Shown piece by piece: positions 8,970 to 21,223 of a stretch of DNA of 64,000 bases. The stretch is from an uncultured Pelagibacteraceae bacterium (lineage in GTDB: Bacteria; Pseudomonadota; Alphaproteobacteria; Pelagibacterales; Pelagibacteraceae). Where the stretch lies: positions 1,061 through 65,060 of the forward strand of contig CABYVK010000007.1 of the NCBI GenBank assembly GCA_902522385.1, read 5' to 3'. Within the stretch, counting starts at the first letter, position 1; each line of letters opens with the position of its first letter. The notes beneath the pieces were generated by a model. The model ran no database searches and had not been told where the DNA came from. It worked only from the letters and a program-made list of their open reading frames with translations. The translations under genes were made by a program, and so were the position numbers.

Positions 8970-9797
8970 ATGAATAGAAGAAAATTCTTATCTTATGTTG
9001 GTTGTGGGTGTGGAACTTTAATACTACACTCCTGTACAACTGCACCAATAACTGAGCGAAAACAATTAAAAATTGTTTCAGAAGCAAAACTCAATGCTCA
9101 AGCAGCTAGAATATATGAAAAAATCAAAGAAAAAGAAAAAATGAGTGATGACAAAAAAACGCTTAACGAAATAAAAGAAATTGGTAAAAAAATGGAAAAT
9201 TCTATTTCTGAGTATTTCTATCAAGCTGGATTAGAAGATCCAACTATTAATTTTGATTGGGAGTATATTTTAATTGATAGAAAAAAAGTTAGAAATGCCT
9301 GGTGTATGCCTGGAGGAAAAATTGCTGTTTATACAGGTATTCTTGAAGCAACTAAAAATACTGATGGATTGGCAGCAGTTATGGGTCATGAAATTGCTCA
9401 TGCTGTTGCAAAACACTCAGTTGAAAGAGCTAGTCGAGCAACATTAGTAAATACTGGAACCCAATTAATTGATATATTTAGTGGTGGTAAGTTATCCCAG
9501 GTAAATAGAACAACAGGAATGAATACTGTTGGATTAATAACTCAATTGGGTTTGCTAAATCCTTTTAGTAGAAAACAAGAAAGTGAAGCTGATTTTTTAG
9601 GAATGATATTTGCTTCGCTATCCGGTTATGACATTAGAGAAACTGTTAAACTTTGGGAGAGAATGAATAAATTAAACAAAGGTAAAGGGCCACCTGAATT
9701 TATGAGTACACATCCGTCATCAGAAAATAGAATAAAAAATCTAAATAAAAAGATAAATGAGGTTATATTAGAATATCCACCATTGGAGATAGTTTAA
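8970..9797 (+). CDS. M48 family Zn metallopeptidase, putative Tat-exported lipoprotein
   Basis: NAWCMPGGK, HEIAH (HExxH), FSRKQESEAD, STHP; twin-arginine NRRKFL. Confidence 0.9.
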   Translation: MNRRKFLSYVGCGCGTLILHSCTTAPITERKQLKIVSEAKLNAQAARIYEKIKEKEKMSDDKKTLNEIKEIGKKMENSISEYFYQAGLEDPTINFDWEYILIDRKKVRNAWCMPGGKIAVYTGILEATKNTDGLAAVMGHEIAHAVAKHSVERASRATLVNTGTQLIDIFSGGKLSQVNRTTGMNTVGLITQLGLLNPFSRKQESEADFLGMIFASLSGYDIRETVKLWERMNKLNKGKGPPEFMSTHPSSENRIKNLNKKINEVILEYPPLEIV

Positions 9798-9806
9798 TTT
9801 AATTTA

Positions 9807-9882
<76 letters not shown>

Positions 9883-9967
9883 CCAAATTATTCAAATTGA
9901 ATAATTGTTATATACAGAATTATAATTTTTTTTCAAATGTCAATTTGAACAAATTATTCTAAAACTG

Positions 9968-11080
9968 CTACAACTTATCAATGTATTTGTCATGAAATTC
10001 ATTAAAAGTACCCTTATTAATATTATTTCTGATCGCAGCCATTAATTCTTGATAAAAATTAATATTATGGAGTGTTAGTAACATTGAGCCTAAAATTTCA
10101 TTTGTATTAAACAAGTGATTCAAATAATTTTTTGAATATTTATTCAAACTTAAATTGTCACACTCAGGATCCAAGGGTGTATTATCATTTTGATACTTAT
10201 TATTTTTAATATTAATTCTACCTTGCCAAGAAAAAGCTAATCCTGTTCTTCCTGATCTAGTTGGCAACACACAATCAAACATATCAATACCTCTCTTTAC
10301 AGCTCCCAATATATCAGAGGGTGTTCCAACACCCATTAAATAATGTGGTTTTTCATCAGGTAAATATTCCTTAATGTCATCTAAAACATTAAACATTTCA
10401 TTTTGTGACTCTCCTACAGCTAAACCTCCAACTGCATAACCATCAAAATTTATTTTAATAAGCTCTTGAAGAGATTTTAATCTTAAATCTTTAAAAAGAC
10501 CTCCTTGAATAATACCAAACAAGGCTTTATGTGGATTCATGCCGAAGGCTTTTTTTGACCTTTTAGCCCAATAAAGTGAGAGCTCCATAGATTTTTGTAT
10601 AATATCATAATCAGTCGTTTTTTTTGGACACTCATCCATAATCATCACAATATCAGAATTTAATCCTAATTGTATCCTGATGCTTTCTTCGGGGCTTAAG
10701 TAAAATTTTTTACCATCAACATGTGAATTAAAAATAGCACCCTTCTCTCTATCTATTTTGTTCAATTTTGATAGAGACATGACTTGAAAACCACCAGAGT
10801 CAGTTAAAATAGGTAAATCACAATTCATATAATCATGTAGTCCACCAGCTAATTTAATTCTTTCCACACCAGGCCGTATCATGAGATGATAGGTGTTTGA
10901 AAGTATTATTTCAGAACCTGTTTTTTTAACATCATCTATTGTACAAGCTTTAACAGTTGCCTGAGTTCCTACGGGCATAAAAGCTGGGGTTTGTATATTT
11001 CCACGATGTGTCTCGATTAAACCACACCTAGCAAATTTATCTTTTTTTAAAACGTTAAAGGCAAATTTTTTTAATGCCAT
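9968..11080 (-). CDS. tgt: tRNA-guanine transglycosylase
   Basis: TPAFMPVGT, TDSGGFQV, DECP, GGLAVGE, DMFDCVLPTR. Confidence 0.97.
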   Translation of the reverse strand: MALKKFAFNVLKKDKFARCGLIETHRGNIQTPAFMPVGTQATVKACTIDDVKKTGSEIILSNTYHLMIRPGVERIKLAGGLHDYMNCDLPILTDSGGFQVMSLSKLNKIDREKGAIFNSHVDGKKFYLSPEESIRIQLGLNSDIVMIMDECPKKTTDYDIIQKSMELSLYWAKRSKKAFGMNPHKALFGIIQGGLFKDLRLKSLQELIKINFDGYAVGGLAVGESQNEMFNVLDDIKEYLPDEKPHYLMGVGTPSDILGAVKRGIDMFDCVLPTRSGRTGLAFSWQGRINIKNNKYQNDNTPLDPECDNLSLNKYSKNYLNHLFNTNEILGSMLLTLHNINFYQELMAAIRNNINKGTFNEFHDKYIDKL

Positions 11081-11089
11081 TAAAAAAAT

Positions 11090-11650
11090 TTATTGGGATT
11101 TGAAACTAATTATCTTATCTGGATCAGTTACAGCACCGTTATTATTTTGATCACCTCTTTTTATTTTATCAACAAATTCCATTCCCTCTATCACTTTTCC
11201 GAAAACTGTATATTGTCGATCTAAAAAGGGAGCTGGCTGAAAACAAATAAAAAATTGACTATTTGCACTATTTGGATCTTGAGCTCTTGCCATTGATAAA
11301 GTTCCTCTGTCATGTGGTAGACTATTGAATTCTTGCTCTAAATCAGGAAAATCTGATCCACCCATCCCGGCTCTTCTAAGATCAAAATCTTTTGATTCTG
11401 AATTTCCAAATTTAACATCCCCGGTTTGAGCCATAAATCCATCTATAACTCTGTGAAAAACAACGTTATCATATTTGCCACTATTAGCTAATTCCTTAAT
11501 TCTTTTTACATGATTTGGTGCTACGTCATCAAATAATTCTATTTTAACTTCACCGTCTTTTAATTTTAATATCATTATATTCTCCTCAGCTATTGATTGA
11601 TTGGTAATTAAAAAAAACAAAACAAGTAATTTAATAAAATTTTTATTCAT
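11090..11650 (-). CDS. Cyclophilin-type peptidyl-prolyl isomerase, exported
   Basis: FHRVIDGFMAQTGD, SMAR, SANSQFFI, YTVFG. Confidence 0.95.
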   Translation of the reverse strand: MNKNFIKLLVLFFLITNQSIAEENIMILKLKDGEVKIELFDDVAPNHVKRIKELANSGKYDNVVFHRVIDGFMAQTGDVKFGNSESKDFDLRRAGMGGSDFPDLEQEFNSLPHDRGTLSMARAQDPNSANSQFFICFQPAPFLDRQYTVFGKVIEGMEFVDKIKRGDQNNNGAVTDPDKIISFKSQ

Positions 11651-12137
11651 ATTTGTCTTTTAAAGATTTAATTGTACTTTTAGTAGTAAATTTTTTTATA
11701 TCACCTTTTAATTTAACAATTTCTTTTACAAATCTTGATGAAATAATTTGATTTTCTAAATCTGACATTAAAAATATTGTTTCAATATTATTGTTTAATT
11801 TTCTATTCATACCAGCTAACTGAAATTCATATTCAAAATCAGATACAGCTCTTAATCCTCTTAGAATAATGTTTGATTTATATTTTTTACATAAATCTGT
11901 GGTTAATGATCCAAACGACACAACTTTTATTTTTTTTCTATTTAATTTTAGATCTTTGAATAAGGCTTTATTTACTATTTCTATTCTTTCCTCAGAACTA
12001 AATAAATAATTTTTGTTACTTTCATCTGAAACACCTACTACTATTTTATCAAACAATTTTAATGATTTTTTTATTACATCTATATGTCCAAAAGTGATTG
12101 GATCAAATGTTCCAGGATAAATTGCAATTTTGCTCAT
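11643..12137 (-). CDS. coaD: Phosphopantetheine adenylyltransferase
   Basis: YPGTFDPITFGH, RGLRAVSDFEYE. Confidence 0.97.
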   Translation of the reverse strand: MSKIAIYPGTFDPITFGHIDVIKKSLKLFDKIVVGVSDESNKNYLFSSEERIEIVNKALFKDLKLNRKKIKVVSFGSLTTDLCKKYKSNIILRGLRAVSDFEYEFQLAGMNRKLNNNIETIFLMSDLENQIISSRFVKEIVKLKGDIKKFTTKSTIKSLKDKYE

Positions 12138-14716
12138 TAAATTAAATTATCATCAATTTTAATTGCTGAAACAACTTTTTCTTCTCCAGATAACTTAATT
12201 ATTCTTACCCCTTGAGTATTTCTGCCTGCTGTTCTAATTTCTTTAACAGCAACTCTTATAACTCTACCTTTATTCGTAGAAATTAAAATTTCATCGCCTT
12301 CAAAAACAGGAAAAGATGAAGTAATATTTCCATTTCGTGGTGAATTTATTATTCCTATAATACCTTTCCCACCTCTGTTGGTAACTCTGTAATCTGTATG
12401 TGAGGTCTTTTTACCAAAACCATTCTCACTTATTGCTAAAACAAATTTCTCTCTTGCTTTTAATTCAGATTTGTCATCTTTTGATTTTTTTCCATTTTTA
12501 TTAATTTTATCGTTATCAATCACTGATAAAGATACTATTTGATCATTAGATGCTAATTCTATTCCTTTAATTCCTTTAGAAGATCTACCTTTAAAAATTC
12601 TTAGCTTTTTAGCTTCAAATCTAATGCATTTGCCAAATTTTGTACTTAAAATTACATCCTGATCATCTTTACAAATTTTAACACCTACAATTTTATCATT
12701 ATTATCCAATTTCATTGCTATTTTTCCAGATGCATTAATTGATGAAAAATCTTCTAAACTATTTTTTCGTACTTTACCCTGTGCTGTAGCAAAAATAATT
12801 TGATAATTTTTTAAAAAAGTATCATCCTCTGGCATTGGCATAATTGAGCTTATTGCTTGATGACTCTTTAATGGTAAAATATTAAATAAAGACTTGCCTT
12901 TAGATGAGGATGAGCCCTCTGGGATTTTCCATGCTTTGATCTTGTAGACTAAACCCTCGGTAGAAAAGAAGAGTACCGAAGTATGAGTATTCACAGATAA
13001 TGTTTGAACAACTGAGTCTTGATCTCTAGTTGTTATGCCTGATTTTCCCTTACCACCTCTTTTTTGTTTTTTTACTCCATCTAAAGAACCTCTTTTTATG
13101 TATCCTTGCAATGTTACTGTAATTATTACTGATTGTTTTTGGATTGTTTCCTCAATATCGTAATTTAAAACAGCATCTATAATTTTAGTTCTTCTTGGTA
13201 TAGCAAATTTCTCTTTAATATTTTTTAACTCTTCACTGATTACTTTTAAAAGTTCTTTTTTTGATGAAATAATCTTTTTATATTTAGTTATTAGTTCAGC
13301 TAATTTTTTAATTTCAACTTCGATTTCATTTATCCCTAATGCAGTTAATTTTTGAAGTCTTAATTCTAAAATAGCCAAAACTTGTGGTTCAGATAAAGAA
13401 TAAAGGTTTTTACCTTTTTTTCCCTCAACTAAAGAAATTAATTTTTGAGACTTGTTTATTTTCCATTTAGTTTTTAAAATTGATATTTTAGCATCATCGG
13501 GTGTTTTAGATGATCGAATAATTTTTATTATTTTATCTAAATTTTCAACTGAAACAGATAATCCTATTAGTACATGAGCGCGTTCCTCAGCTTTTTGAAG
13601 ATCAAATTTAGTTTTTTTAATTACAACATCTTCTCTAAAAGTTAAAAAATTAGATAAAAAATCTTTTAGTGTGCAAGTTTGTGGTTTTCCTTCAACAATA
13701 GCTAAAGTATTAAAACCAAATGAACTTTCTATCTGGGTATTTTTATATAACTGTCTCTTTATTGTCTCTGGTTCTACTCCGTTTCTTAAATCTATTGCTA
13801 CCCTAATACCTTCTCTGTTAGACTCATCTCTAATATCTCTTATTCCTTCAATCTTCTTTTCTCTTACTAATTGAGCAATTCTTTCATTCAAAACAGATTT
13901 GTTAACTTGATATGGTATAGAAGTAATTACTAGTCTTTCACGACCATTTTTTTGTTGTTCAATTGAGATTTCACCTCTTATCTTAAAAGATCCTCTACCA
14001 TTATTATATCCTTGTTTAATTATATCTTTACCTATAATTACGCCACCGGTTGGAAAATCTGGACCGGGTATATGTTTCATCAATTCTCTAATCTTAATAT
14101 CTTTATTTTCTATTAAGGCTAAAGTTCCATTAATAATTTCACCTAAATTGTGAGGAGGTATACTAGTTGCCATACCAACAGCAATACCACCGGCTCCATT
14201 TACTAATAAATTTGGAAATTGTGCTGGCAAAACACTAGGTTCCCTCTCGGTTTCATCGTAATTACTTTTGAAAGAAATTGTATTTTTTTCAATATCATCA
14301 ATCAAATATTGAGAAACTTTTGACAAACGTGTTTCAGTATATCTCATTGCAGCAGCGGGATCACCATCTATTGAACCAAAATTTCCTTGACCTTGAACTA
14401 ATGGTAAACTCATAGAGAAATCTTGCACCATTCTAACTAGAGCATCGTAAACAGACTGATCGCCATGAGGGTGATATTTACCAATAACATCTCCGACTAT
14501 TCTTGCAGATTTTCTAAATTGTTTAGACCAATCATATCCACCTTTGTACATAGCATATAAAATTCTTCTATGAACTGGTTTTAATCCATCTCTTACATCA
14601 GGAAGAGCTCGACTAACAATTACGCTCATTGCATAAGAAAGATATGATGAACTCATCTCATCATGCATTGAGATTAATTTTATATTTTTATCTTTAAACT
14701 CTTCAGTATTTTTCAT
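12137..14716 (-). CDS. gyrA: DNA gyrase subunit A
   Basis: [19 protein letters not shown], GyrA-box QKRGGKG. Confidence 0.98.
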   Translation of the reverse strand: MKNTEEFKDKNIKLISMHDEMSSSYLSYAMSVIVSRALPDVRDGLKPVHRRILYAMYKGGYDWSKQFRKSARIVGDVIGKYHPHGDQSVYDALVRMVQDFSMSLPLVQGQGNFGSIDGDPAAAMRYTETRLSKVSQYLIDDIEKNTISFKSNYDETEREPSVLPAQFPNLLVNGAGGIAVGMATSIPPHNLGEIINGTLALIENKDIKIRELMKHIPGPDFPTGGVIIGKDIIKQGYNNGRGSFKIRGEISIEQQKNGRERLVITSIPYQVNKSVLNERIAQLVREKKIEGIRDIRDESNREGIRVAIDLRNGVEPETIKRQLYKNTQIESSFGFNTLAIVEGKPQTCTLKDFLSNFLTFREDVVIKKTKFDLQKAEERAHVLIGLSVSVENLDKIIKIIRSSKTPDDAKISILKTKWKINKSQKLISLVEGKKGKNLYSLSEPQVLAILELRLQKLTALGINEIEVEIKKLAELITKYKKIISSKKELLKVISEELKNIKEKFAIPRRTKIIDAVLNYDIEETIQKQSVIITVTLQGYIKRGSLDGVKKQKRGGKGKSGITTRDQDSVVQTLSVNTHTSVLFFSTEGLVYKIKAWKIPEGSSSSKGKSLFNILPLKSHQAISSIMPMPEDDTFLKNYQIIFATAQGKVRKNSLEDFSSINASGKIAMKLDNNDKIVGVKICKDDQDVILSTKFGKCIRFEAKKLRIFKGRSSKGIKGIELASNDQIVSLSVIDNDKINKNGKKSKDDKSELKAREKFVLAISENGFGKKTSHTDYRVTNRGGKGIIGIINSPRNGNITSSFPVFEGDEILISTNKGRVIRVAVKEIRTAGRNTQGVRIIKLSGEEKVVSAIKIDDNLI

Positions 14717-14721
14717 AGAAA

Positions 14722-15171
14722 TTAAAATGGAATTTCATCATCCATATCTGACACTTGTGAAGAATCCTCAATGTTATTTTGTTGAGTTGTGTCATTTTGT
14801 ATTCCACCACCAGAATTTCCCCCGCCCAACATTGTAAGTGAAGAATTATATCCTTGTATAACTATTTCTGTTGAATATTTGTCTTGTCCTGATTGTTCGT
14901 CTTTCCATTTTCTTGTTGTAAGTTGACCCTCAACATAAACTTGAGCACCTTTTTTTAAATATTGTTGAACAACATTTACTAAACCTTCGTTAAATACAAC
15001 TACACGGTGCCATTCTGTTTTTTCTTTTCTTTCACCAGTATTTTTATCTTTCCAAGATTGACTTGTTGCAAGGCTCAATCTAGCAACACTTTTACCATTT
15101 ACCATTTGCTTAACTTCAGGATCTGCGCCCAAACGACCAATTAATAATACTTTATTTAAACTTCCAGCCAT
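14722..15171 (-). CDS. ssb: Single-stranded DNA-binding protein
   Basis: [19 protein letters not shown]-terminal DDEIPF. Confidence 0.98.
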   Translation of the reverse strand: MAGSLNKVLLIGRLGADPEVKQMVNGKSVARLSLATSQSWKDKNTGERKEKTEWHRVVVFNEGLVNVVQQYLKKGAQVYVEGQLTTRKWKDEQSGQDKYSTEIVIQGYNSSLTMLGGGNSGGGIQNDTTQQNNIEDSSQVSDMDDEIPF

Positions 15172-15259
15172 AATATTTAATATTTGTTAAATTAGTTAAT
15201 TAGAATTATACCACAATTCTTCTGAATATTAATTTTATTAACTCAAAGCAACTAAAATT

Positions 15260-18112
15260 ATGATGAAAAAGATAGTTATTAAGGGCGCTAAAGAACATAA
15301 TTTAAAGAATGTTACTGTTGAGATTCCAAAAGACAAATTTGTGGTCATTACGGGTCTATCAGGATCTGGAAAATCGTCTTTAGCATTTGACACTATCTAC
15401 GCAGAAGGTCAAAGAAGATATGTTGAAAGTTTATCTGCATATGCGCGTCAATTTTTAGATAAAATGAAAAAGCCAAATGTTGATTTAATTGAAGGATTAA
15501 GTCCAGCTATCGCAATAGAGCAAAAAAATACTTCAAAAAACCCAAGATCTACTGTTGCAACTGTAACGGAAATATATGATTACATGAGGGTATTGTACGC
15601 TAGAGCGGGAATCCCCTACTCACCATTTACAGGTAAACCTATAACCTCTCAAACTATTACTCAAATAGTAGATTTAGTTAAAAAATTACCAAAAAAATCT
15701 ACAATTTATATTTATGCTCCGGTAGTAAGAGGTCGTAAGGGTGAATATAGAAAAGATATATTAAGCTACAAAAGAAGAGGATTTAGAAAAATTAAAATTG
15801 ATAATGTTTTATATGATATAGAAAAATCACCTAACCTAGATAAAAAACTTAAACATGATATTTCAATCTTAGTAGATAGAATAGTTTTAAATTCAAAACT
15901 TGGAAACAGATTAGCCGAAAGTATTGAAACAGCTGTAAATTTAACAAACGGTTTAGTGTTTATAGAATATGAGGATGAAACACTTCCTCAAAAATTTAGA
16001 AAAACTGAAAAGTTAATTTACTCAACAAAGTTTGCTTGCCCTGAAAGTGGTTTTACAATTGAGGAAATTGAACCAAGATTATTTTCATTTAACAGCCCTT
16101 ATGGTGCGTGTGAAGAGTGTGAGGGAATTGGAATGAAACTAAACGTTGATCCAAATTTAGTTGTTCCTGATGAAAGAAAAAGTTTAGCTGATGGAGCAAT
16201 TGAACCTTGGTCAAAATCAACCACATTATATTATGCTCAAACTTTAGCGTCTTTAGCAAAACATTATGGTTTTTCTTTAGATGAAAAATGGAAAAAATTA
16301 TCTAAAAAAATTAAAGATATTATTCTTTATGGCTCAGATGAAGATGAGATTAAATTTAATTATGATGATGGCTACGAGAAATATTCCTACAAAAAAACTT
16401 TTGAAGGTGTAATTAATAATCTTGAAAGAAGATTTTTAGAGTCAGATAGTGAATGGAAAAGAGAAGCTATTGCTGAATATCAATCTGATACAGCATGTGA
16501 AGCATGCAATGGCGACAGATTAAAAGAAGAAGCTTTATGTGTTAAAATTAATGGTCTTCATATTAGTGAAGTAACAAAAAAATCTATTTTAGATGCAGCT
16601 GAATGGTTTAAAAACTTAGAAAATAATCTTGATAAAAGACAATTTAAAATAGCAGAACATGTTCTAAAAGAAATAAATGAAAGATTAAATTTTCTTTTAA
16701 ACGTTGGTTTAGATTATTTAACATTATCTAGAGAGTCTGGAACTTTATCAGGTGGTGAAGCTCAAAGAATAAGATTAGCCTCACAAATCGGATCAGGTTT
16801 AACAGGTGTATTATATGTTTTGGATGAACCTTCAATTGGATTACATCAAAAAGATAACGTTAAACTAATTAATGCATTAAAAAGATTACGAGATCTTGGC
16901 AATACAGTTATTGTTGTTGAGCATGACACCGAAACAATGGAAAATGCAGATCATATAATTGATCTAGGTCCTGAAGCTGGGAGTAATGGTGGTGAGATAA
17001 CAGCACAAGGATCATTTGAAGAAATTAAAAAAGATAAAAATAGTATTACAGGTCAATATCTTGCAAATAAAAAAGCAATTGAAATTCCTAAAATTAGACG
17101 TTTGGCTAAAAATGGGAGATTTGTTGAAATCAATGGTGCAAGTGGAAATAATTTAAATAATGTAAATCTTAAAATTCCAACTGGCACATTTACCTGTATT
17201 ACTGGTGTTTCTGGGAGTGGAAAATCTACCCTAATATTACAAACATTATTTCATGCTTTAAACTTAACTTTAAATAATAAAGCAAGAAAAACACCTAAAT
17301 CATTCAAAGGTTATAAAGGTGTAGAATTAATTGATAAAATAATTGATATAGATCAATCACCTATTGGTAGGACGCCCAGATCAAATCCAGCAACATATAC
17401 TGGAGCCTTTGGACCTATCAGAGATTGGTTTACAAGTTTACCAGAATCCAAAACAAGAGGATATAAACCAGGAAGATTTTCTTTTAATGTTAAAGGTGGT
17501 AGATGTGAGGCATGTGAGGGTGATGGTGTAATTACATATGAAATGCATTTTTTACCTGATGTTTATATACAGTGCGATGAATGTAAAGGAACAAGGTATA
17601 ATAGAGAAACTTTGGAAATCAAATTTAAAGGTAAAAGTATTGCCGATGTTTTGGACATGTCAGTTGATGAAGGATGTGAATATTTTGAAAATATATCTAA
17701 TATAAAAACAAAATTGTTAACTCTTAAAAAAGTTGGATTAGGTTATATAAAAATTGGTCAGCAAGCAACTACACTATCAGGAGGTGAAGCTCAACGAATT
17801 AAGCTTGCAAAGGAACTTTCAAAAAGATCGACGGGAAGAACAATGTATATATTAGATGAACCAACTACAGGTTTACATCAACATGATATAAAAAAACTTT
17901 TAGAGATACTTCATACATTTGTAAAACTTGGAAATACAGTAGTTGTGATTGAACATAATTTAGATGTAATTAAAACTGCAGATTATATTGTTGATATGGG
18001 TCCTGAAGGTGGGGTAAAAGGTGGTAATATTGTCGCCGAGGGAAAACCTGAAGAAGTGTGCAAAGTTAAAGAGAGTTATACGGGTCAATTTTTAAAACCG
18101 CTTTTAACTTAA
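15260..18112 (+). CDS. uvrA: Excinuclease ABC subunit A
   Basis: Two ABC modules ([25 protein letters not shown] twice) and Zn-finger Cys pairs. Confidence 0.98.
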   Translation: MMKKIVIKGAKEHNLKNVTVEIPKDKFVVITGLSGSGKSSLAFDTIYAEGQRRYVESLSAYARQFLDKMKKPNVDLIEGLSPAIAIEQKNTSKNPRSTVATVTEIYDYMRVLYARAGIPYSPFTGKPITSQTITQIVDLVKKLPKKSTIYIYAPVVRGRKGEYRKDILSYKRRGFRKIKIDNVLYDIEKSPNLDKKLKHDISILVDRIVLNSKLGNRLAESIETAVNLTNGLVFIEYEDETLPQKFRKTEKLIYSTKFACPESGFTIEEIEPRLFSFNSPYGACEECEGIGMKLNVDPNLVVPDERKSLADGAIEPWSKSTTLYYAQTLASLAKHYGFSLDEKWKKLSKKIKDIILYGSDEDEIKFNYDDGYEKYSYKKTFEGVINNLERRFLESDSEWKREAIAEYQSDTACEACNGDRLKEEALCVKINGLHISEVTKKSILDAAEWFKNLENNLDKRQFKIAEHVLKEINERLNFLLNVGLDYLTLSRESGTLSGGEAQRIRLASQIGSGLTGVLYVLDEPSIGLHQKDNVKLINALKRLRDLGNTVIVVEHDTETMENADHIIDLGPEAGSNGGEITAQGSFEEIKKDKNSITGQYLANKKAIEIPKIRRLAKNGRFVEINGASGNNLNNVNLKIPTGTFTCITGVSGSGKSTLILQTLFHALNLTLNNKARKTPKSFKGYKGVELIDKIIDIDQSPIGRTPRSNPATYTGAFGPIRDWFTSLPESKTRGYKPGRFSFNVKGGRCEACEGDGVITYEMHFLPDVYIQCDECKGTRYNRETLEIKFKGKSIADVLDMSVDEGCEYFENISNIKTKLLTLKKVGLGYIKIGQQATTLSGGEAQRIKLAKELSKRSTGRTMYILDEPTTGLHQHDIKKLLEILHTFVKLGNTVVVIEHNLDVIKTADYIVDMGPEGGVKGGNIVAEGKPEEVCKVKESYTGQFLKPLLT

Positions 18113-18161
18113 ATTTAAGAACTTAAAATTTTCTAAAATTAGTGTATAATATCTTGGAATC

Positions 18162-18764
18162 ATGAGTAATCTACTATCATCTTTATCAAAAACCATACAT
18201 ACATCATTAGCTTTAGCTATAATTTTATTTCTTGGATTGTTCTATTTAAATGATGGTATAGCTATTGATGCATTATTCTGGAGTTGGTTGTTTAGATATA
18301 TACATGTAATTGTTGCAATTATGTGGATTGGATTATTGTGGTATTTCAATTTTGTTCAAATTCCAAATATGGGAAAAATTCCAGATGAACAAAAACCAGC
18401 AATAGGTAAAGTAATTGCTCCTGCAGCATTATTTTATTTTAGATGGGCAGCTGCATTAACTGTTCTTTCTGGTTTAATTCTTGCTCTTCTGAATGGTTAT
18501 TTACATGATGCAATGACTTTAAGTATTGGTTCTGGTGTACCTAAGCATACCGCAATAGGAATTGGGATGTGGCTAGGAATTATAATGGCTTTTAATGTTT
18601 GGTTTGTAATTTGGCCAAATCAAAAAAGAGCTTTAGGAATTGTAGAAAGTGATCCTGATACAAAAGCAAAATCAGCCAAAACTGCAATGCTTTTCTCAAG
18701 AACGAATACTTTATTATCATTACCTATGTTGCTAACAATGGTAATAGCTCAAAACTTATATTAA
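18162..18764 (+). CDS. Urate oxidase N-terminal/PuuD-like membrane protein
   Basis: RYIHVIVAIMWIGLLWYFNF, FYFRW, MAFNVWFVIWPNQK, SRTNT motifs; no cytochrome c domain. Confidence 0.75.
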   Translation: MSNLLSSLSKTIHTSLALAIILFLGLFYLNDGIAIDALFWSWLFRYIHVIVAIMWIGLLWYFNFVQIPNMGKIPDEQKPAIGKVIAPAALFYFRWAAALTVLSGLILALLNGYLHDAMTLSIGSGVPKHTAIGIGMWLGIIMAFNVWFVIWPNQKRALGIVESDPDTKAKSAKTAMLFSRTNTLLSLPMLLTMVIAQNLY

Positions 18765-18765
18765 A

Positions 18766-19656
18766 TTATTTTTTATCGTCTTCTCTAAGAACGGTTTTTT
18801 GTGAAACTCTTAGTCGAACCAAAACTGTATTTGCTATATAAATCGACGAATAAGTTCCAAAAACTACACCAAGTATCATTGCTAATGAAAATCCTTTTAA
18901 TATTTCTCCACCAAAAAAATAAATTGCCAATAAAGCAAGTAAAGTTGTTGTAGATGTTATTATAGTTCTTGATAAAGTTTCGTTAATTGAAATATTTGTT
19001 AATTCAAAAATTTTTATATCTGAATATTTTCTCAAATTTTCACGCACACGGTCAAAAATAACTACTGTGTCGTTCATAGAGTATCCGACTATTGTTAATA
19101 CTGCTGCTATAATAGATAAGTTTATTTCCAAACTAAACAAAGAAAAAACTCCAAGAGTTACAATAACATCATGAAACAAAGCTAAAATTGCACCCAAGCT
19201 AAACTGCCATTCAAATCTAATCCAAATATAAATCAGCATTAATGCTAAAGACAAAGATATTGCTATAACTCCTGATTTTAATAATTCGGCACTAACTTTT
19301 GGACCAACATTTTCAACTCTTCTAAAATCATAATTTTTTCCAAAAGATTCGTCTAAATTAGCTTTAATTTCTTCAATAATATTCTTTTTATTATCTTTGT
19401 TTTCAAATTTAACTAAAAAATCTGTATCATTACCAAATTTTTTAACGGAAACATCTCCCAAGTCCATTTGGTTAAATCTATCTCTTAATGAACTAACATT
19501 TATTTTAGAATCTGTGGCTCTTAATTCTATTAAAGTACCACCTTTAAAATCTATACCAAAATTAAGCCCTTTAAATATTAACAGTAATAATGAAACAACA
19601 ATTAAAACTGTTGATAGTAAATTAAAGTGATTATAATATTTATTAAAAGCAATCAT
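18766..19656 (-). CDS. secF: Protein translocase subunit SecF
   Basis: GIDFKGGT, GYSMNDTVVIFDRVRE. Confidence 0.97.
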   Translation of the reverse strand: MIAFNKYYNHFNLLSTVLIVVSLLLLIFKGLNFGIDFKGGTLIELRATDSKINVSSLRDRFNQMDLGDVSVKKFGNDTDFLVKFENKDNKKNIIEEIKANLDESFGKNYDFRRVENVGPKVSAELLKSGVIAISLSLALMLIYIWIRFEWQFSLGAILALFHDVIVTLGVFSLFSLEINLSIIAAVLTIVGYSMNDTVVIFDRVRENLRKYSDIKIFELTNISINETLSRTIITSTTTLLALLAIYFFGGEILKGFSLAMILGVVFGTYSSIYIANTVLVRLRVSQKTVLREDDKK

Positions 19657-21209
19657 TAAATTAATTTTTCCTTGTCTCTATTTCTTGATACATAAATACT
19701 AGTGAATAATCTTGCTATGAAATAGACTGAAAATAGTGTTGTAAATATTCCAACTCCTAAGGTTACAGCAAAACCTTTTACTGGACCTGAGCCCATAAAG
19801 AACAAAATAATTGCAGCTAATAAAGTAGTAATATTAGCATCTAAAATAGCCGTTCTTGATTTAGTATAACCACCATCAAAAGCTAAGATGTTATTAGTCT
19901 CGTCTTTTAATTCTTCTTTTATTCTCTCAAAAATTAAAACATTTGCATCAACTGCCATACCTACGGTTAGAATAATACCTGCGATACCAGGTAATGTTAA
20001 AGTTGCTTCAAACAAAGTTAAGATACCTAAAAGAATAAACAAATTAACTATTAAGGTTATATTGGTAATTAATCCAAAAATTTTATATTTTACGAACATA
20101 AAAATTATCACCAACATAAAACCTATTGCTAAAGCAATCGTTCCTGCATTAATTGAGTCTTGACCAAGATCTGGACCTACTGTTCTTTCTTCAATAATTT
20201 CTAATGGAGCTGGCAATGCTCCTGATCTTAATAATAAAGCTAGATCAGTTGCTGTTTGAAAAGTAAAGCCACCACTTATCTGACCAGAACCACTAGCAAT
20301 CGTATCTCTAACTACAGGTGCACTAATAATTTTACCATCTAAAACAATTGCTAATTGTTTTCCAATTCCAGTTGATGTTGCCTTACCAAACCTCTTTGCA
20401 CCTACTCTATCTAAAGTAAATGAAACAATTGTTTGGTTAGTTTGAGTATCCATTTTTGGTTGTGCATCTAGTAAATTTTCACCACTGATTATAATTCTTT
20501 TACTAACTGTTGCTTCTTCTAGGCCATTTTCAAATTTTAACTTTTCAACACCAAAACGATCATTATCATCATTTGTTACAAAACGAAAAGTAAGGTTTGC
20601 AGTTTTACCAAGTAATGATTTTATTCTCATTGGATCATCTAATCCAGGAAGCTCTACTAAAATTCTGTTATTTCCTCTTTTAAGTATGTTGGGTTCATTA
20701 GTACCAACCTCATCTACCCTTCTTCTTACTATTTCTATAGCTTGATCTTGAGAAGAAGTTTTAAGTTTAATTAAACCCTGTCTTGAGAAATTAACTTTTA
20801 AATTTAAACCTGTATCCTCAATTTCTAACTGATGTGATTTAAATCTTGGGTAATAAGGGTTAAGGTCACTATTTTCGTCTTGAAAAACATCCAAGACAGA
20901 TTGCTTATCATTATTTATTACATTAAAAAAAATGTTCTGATTATCTATTTTAATATTGTTGATTTTAATATTTTTTTCTTTGAAGTAATTTCTAATTGTT
21001 GTTGTTAGGTTTTGTAATTTTTGTTCAATTACAGGTTCATTATCAATTTCAAGTAATAGATATGATCCACCCTGAAGGTCCAATCCTAGATTAATTTTTT
21101 TATCAAAAAAATTATCATCAAATTTAAAAAGATTTGATGAAGCAATTAAAATAAATAAAACTGAAATAAGAGTTATAAATAAAATTCTTAACTTAGAGAA
21201 ATAAAGCAC
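19656..21209 (-). CDS. secD: Protein translocase subunit SecD (GTG start)
   Basis: LGLDLQGG, GMAVDANVLIFERIKEE. Confidence 0.97.
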   Translation of the reverse strand: MLYFSKLRILFITLISVLFILIASSNLFKFDDNFFDKKINLGLDLQGGSYLLLEIDNEPVIEQKLQNLTTTIRNYFKEKNIKINNIKIDNQNIFFNVINNDKQSVLDVFQDENSDLNPYYPRFKSHQLEIEDTGLNLKVNFSRQGLIKLKTSSQDQAIEIVRRRVDEVGTNEPNILKRGNNRILVELPGLDDPMRIKSLLGKTANLTFRFVTNDDNDRFGVEKLKFENGLEEATVSKRIIISGENLLDAQPKMDTQTNQTIVSFTLDRVGAKRFGKATSTGIGKQLAIVLDGKIISAPVVRDTIASGSGQISGGFTFQTATDLALLLRSGALPAPLEIIEERTVGPDLGQDSINAGTIALAIGFMLVIIFMFVKYKIFGLITNITLIVNLFILLGILTLFEATLTLPGIAGIILTVGMAVDANVLIFERIKEELKDETNNILAFDGGYTKSRTAILDANITTLLAAIILFFMGSGPVKGFAVTLGVGIFTTLFSVYFIARLFTSIYVSRNRDKEKLI

Positions 21210-21223
21210 TTAACTAAAAATAA

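Noticed and set aside
14440-14480. GyrA QRDR reads HPHGDQS (Gln at the E. coli Ser83 position)
   Set aside because: Non-Ser residues here are common natural variation in alphaproteobacteria; not evidence of acquired resistance.
15172-15259. LexA or CtrA site in the ssb/uvrA divergent spacer
   Set aside because: No GTTC-N7-GTTC; TTAA pairs are spaced N5 or N6, not N7.
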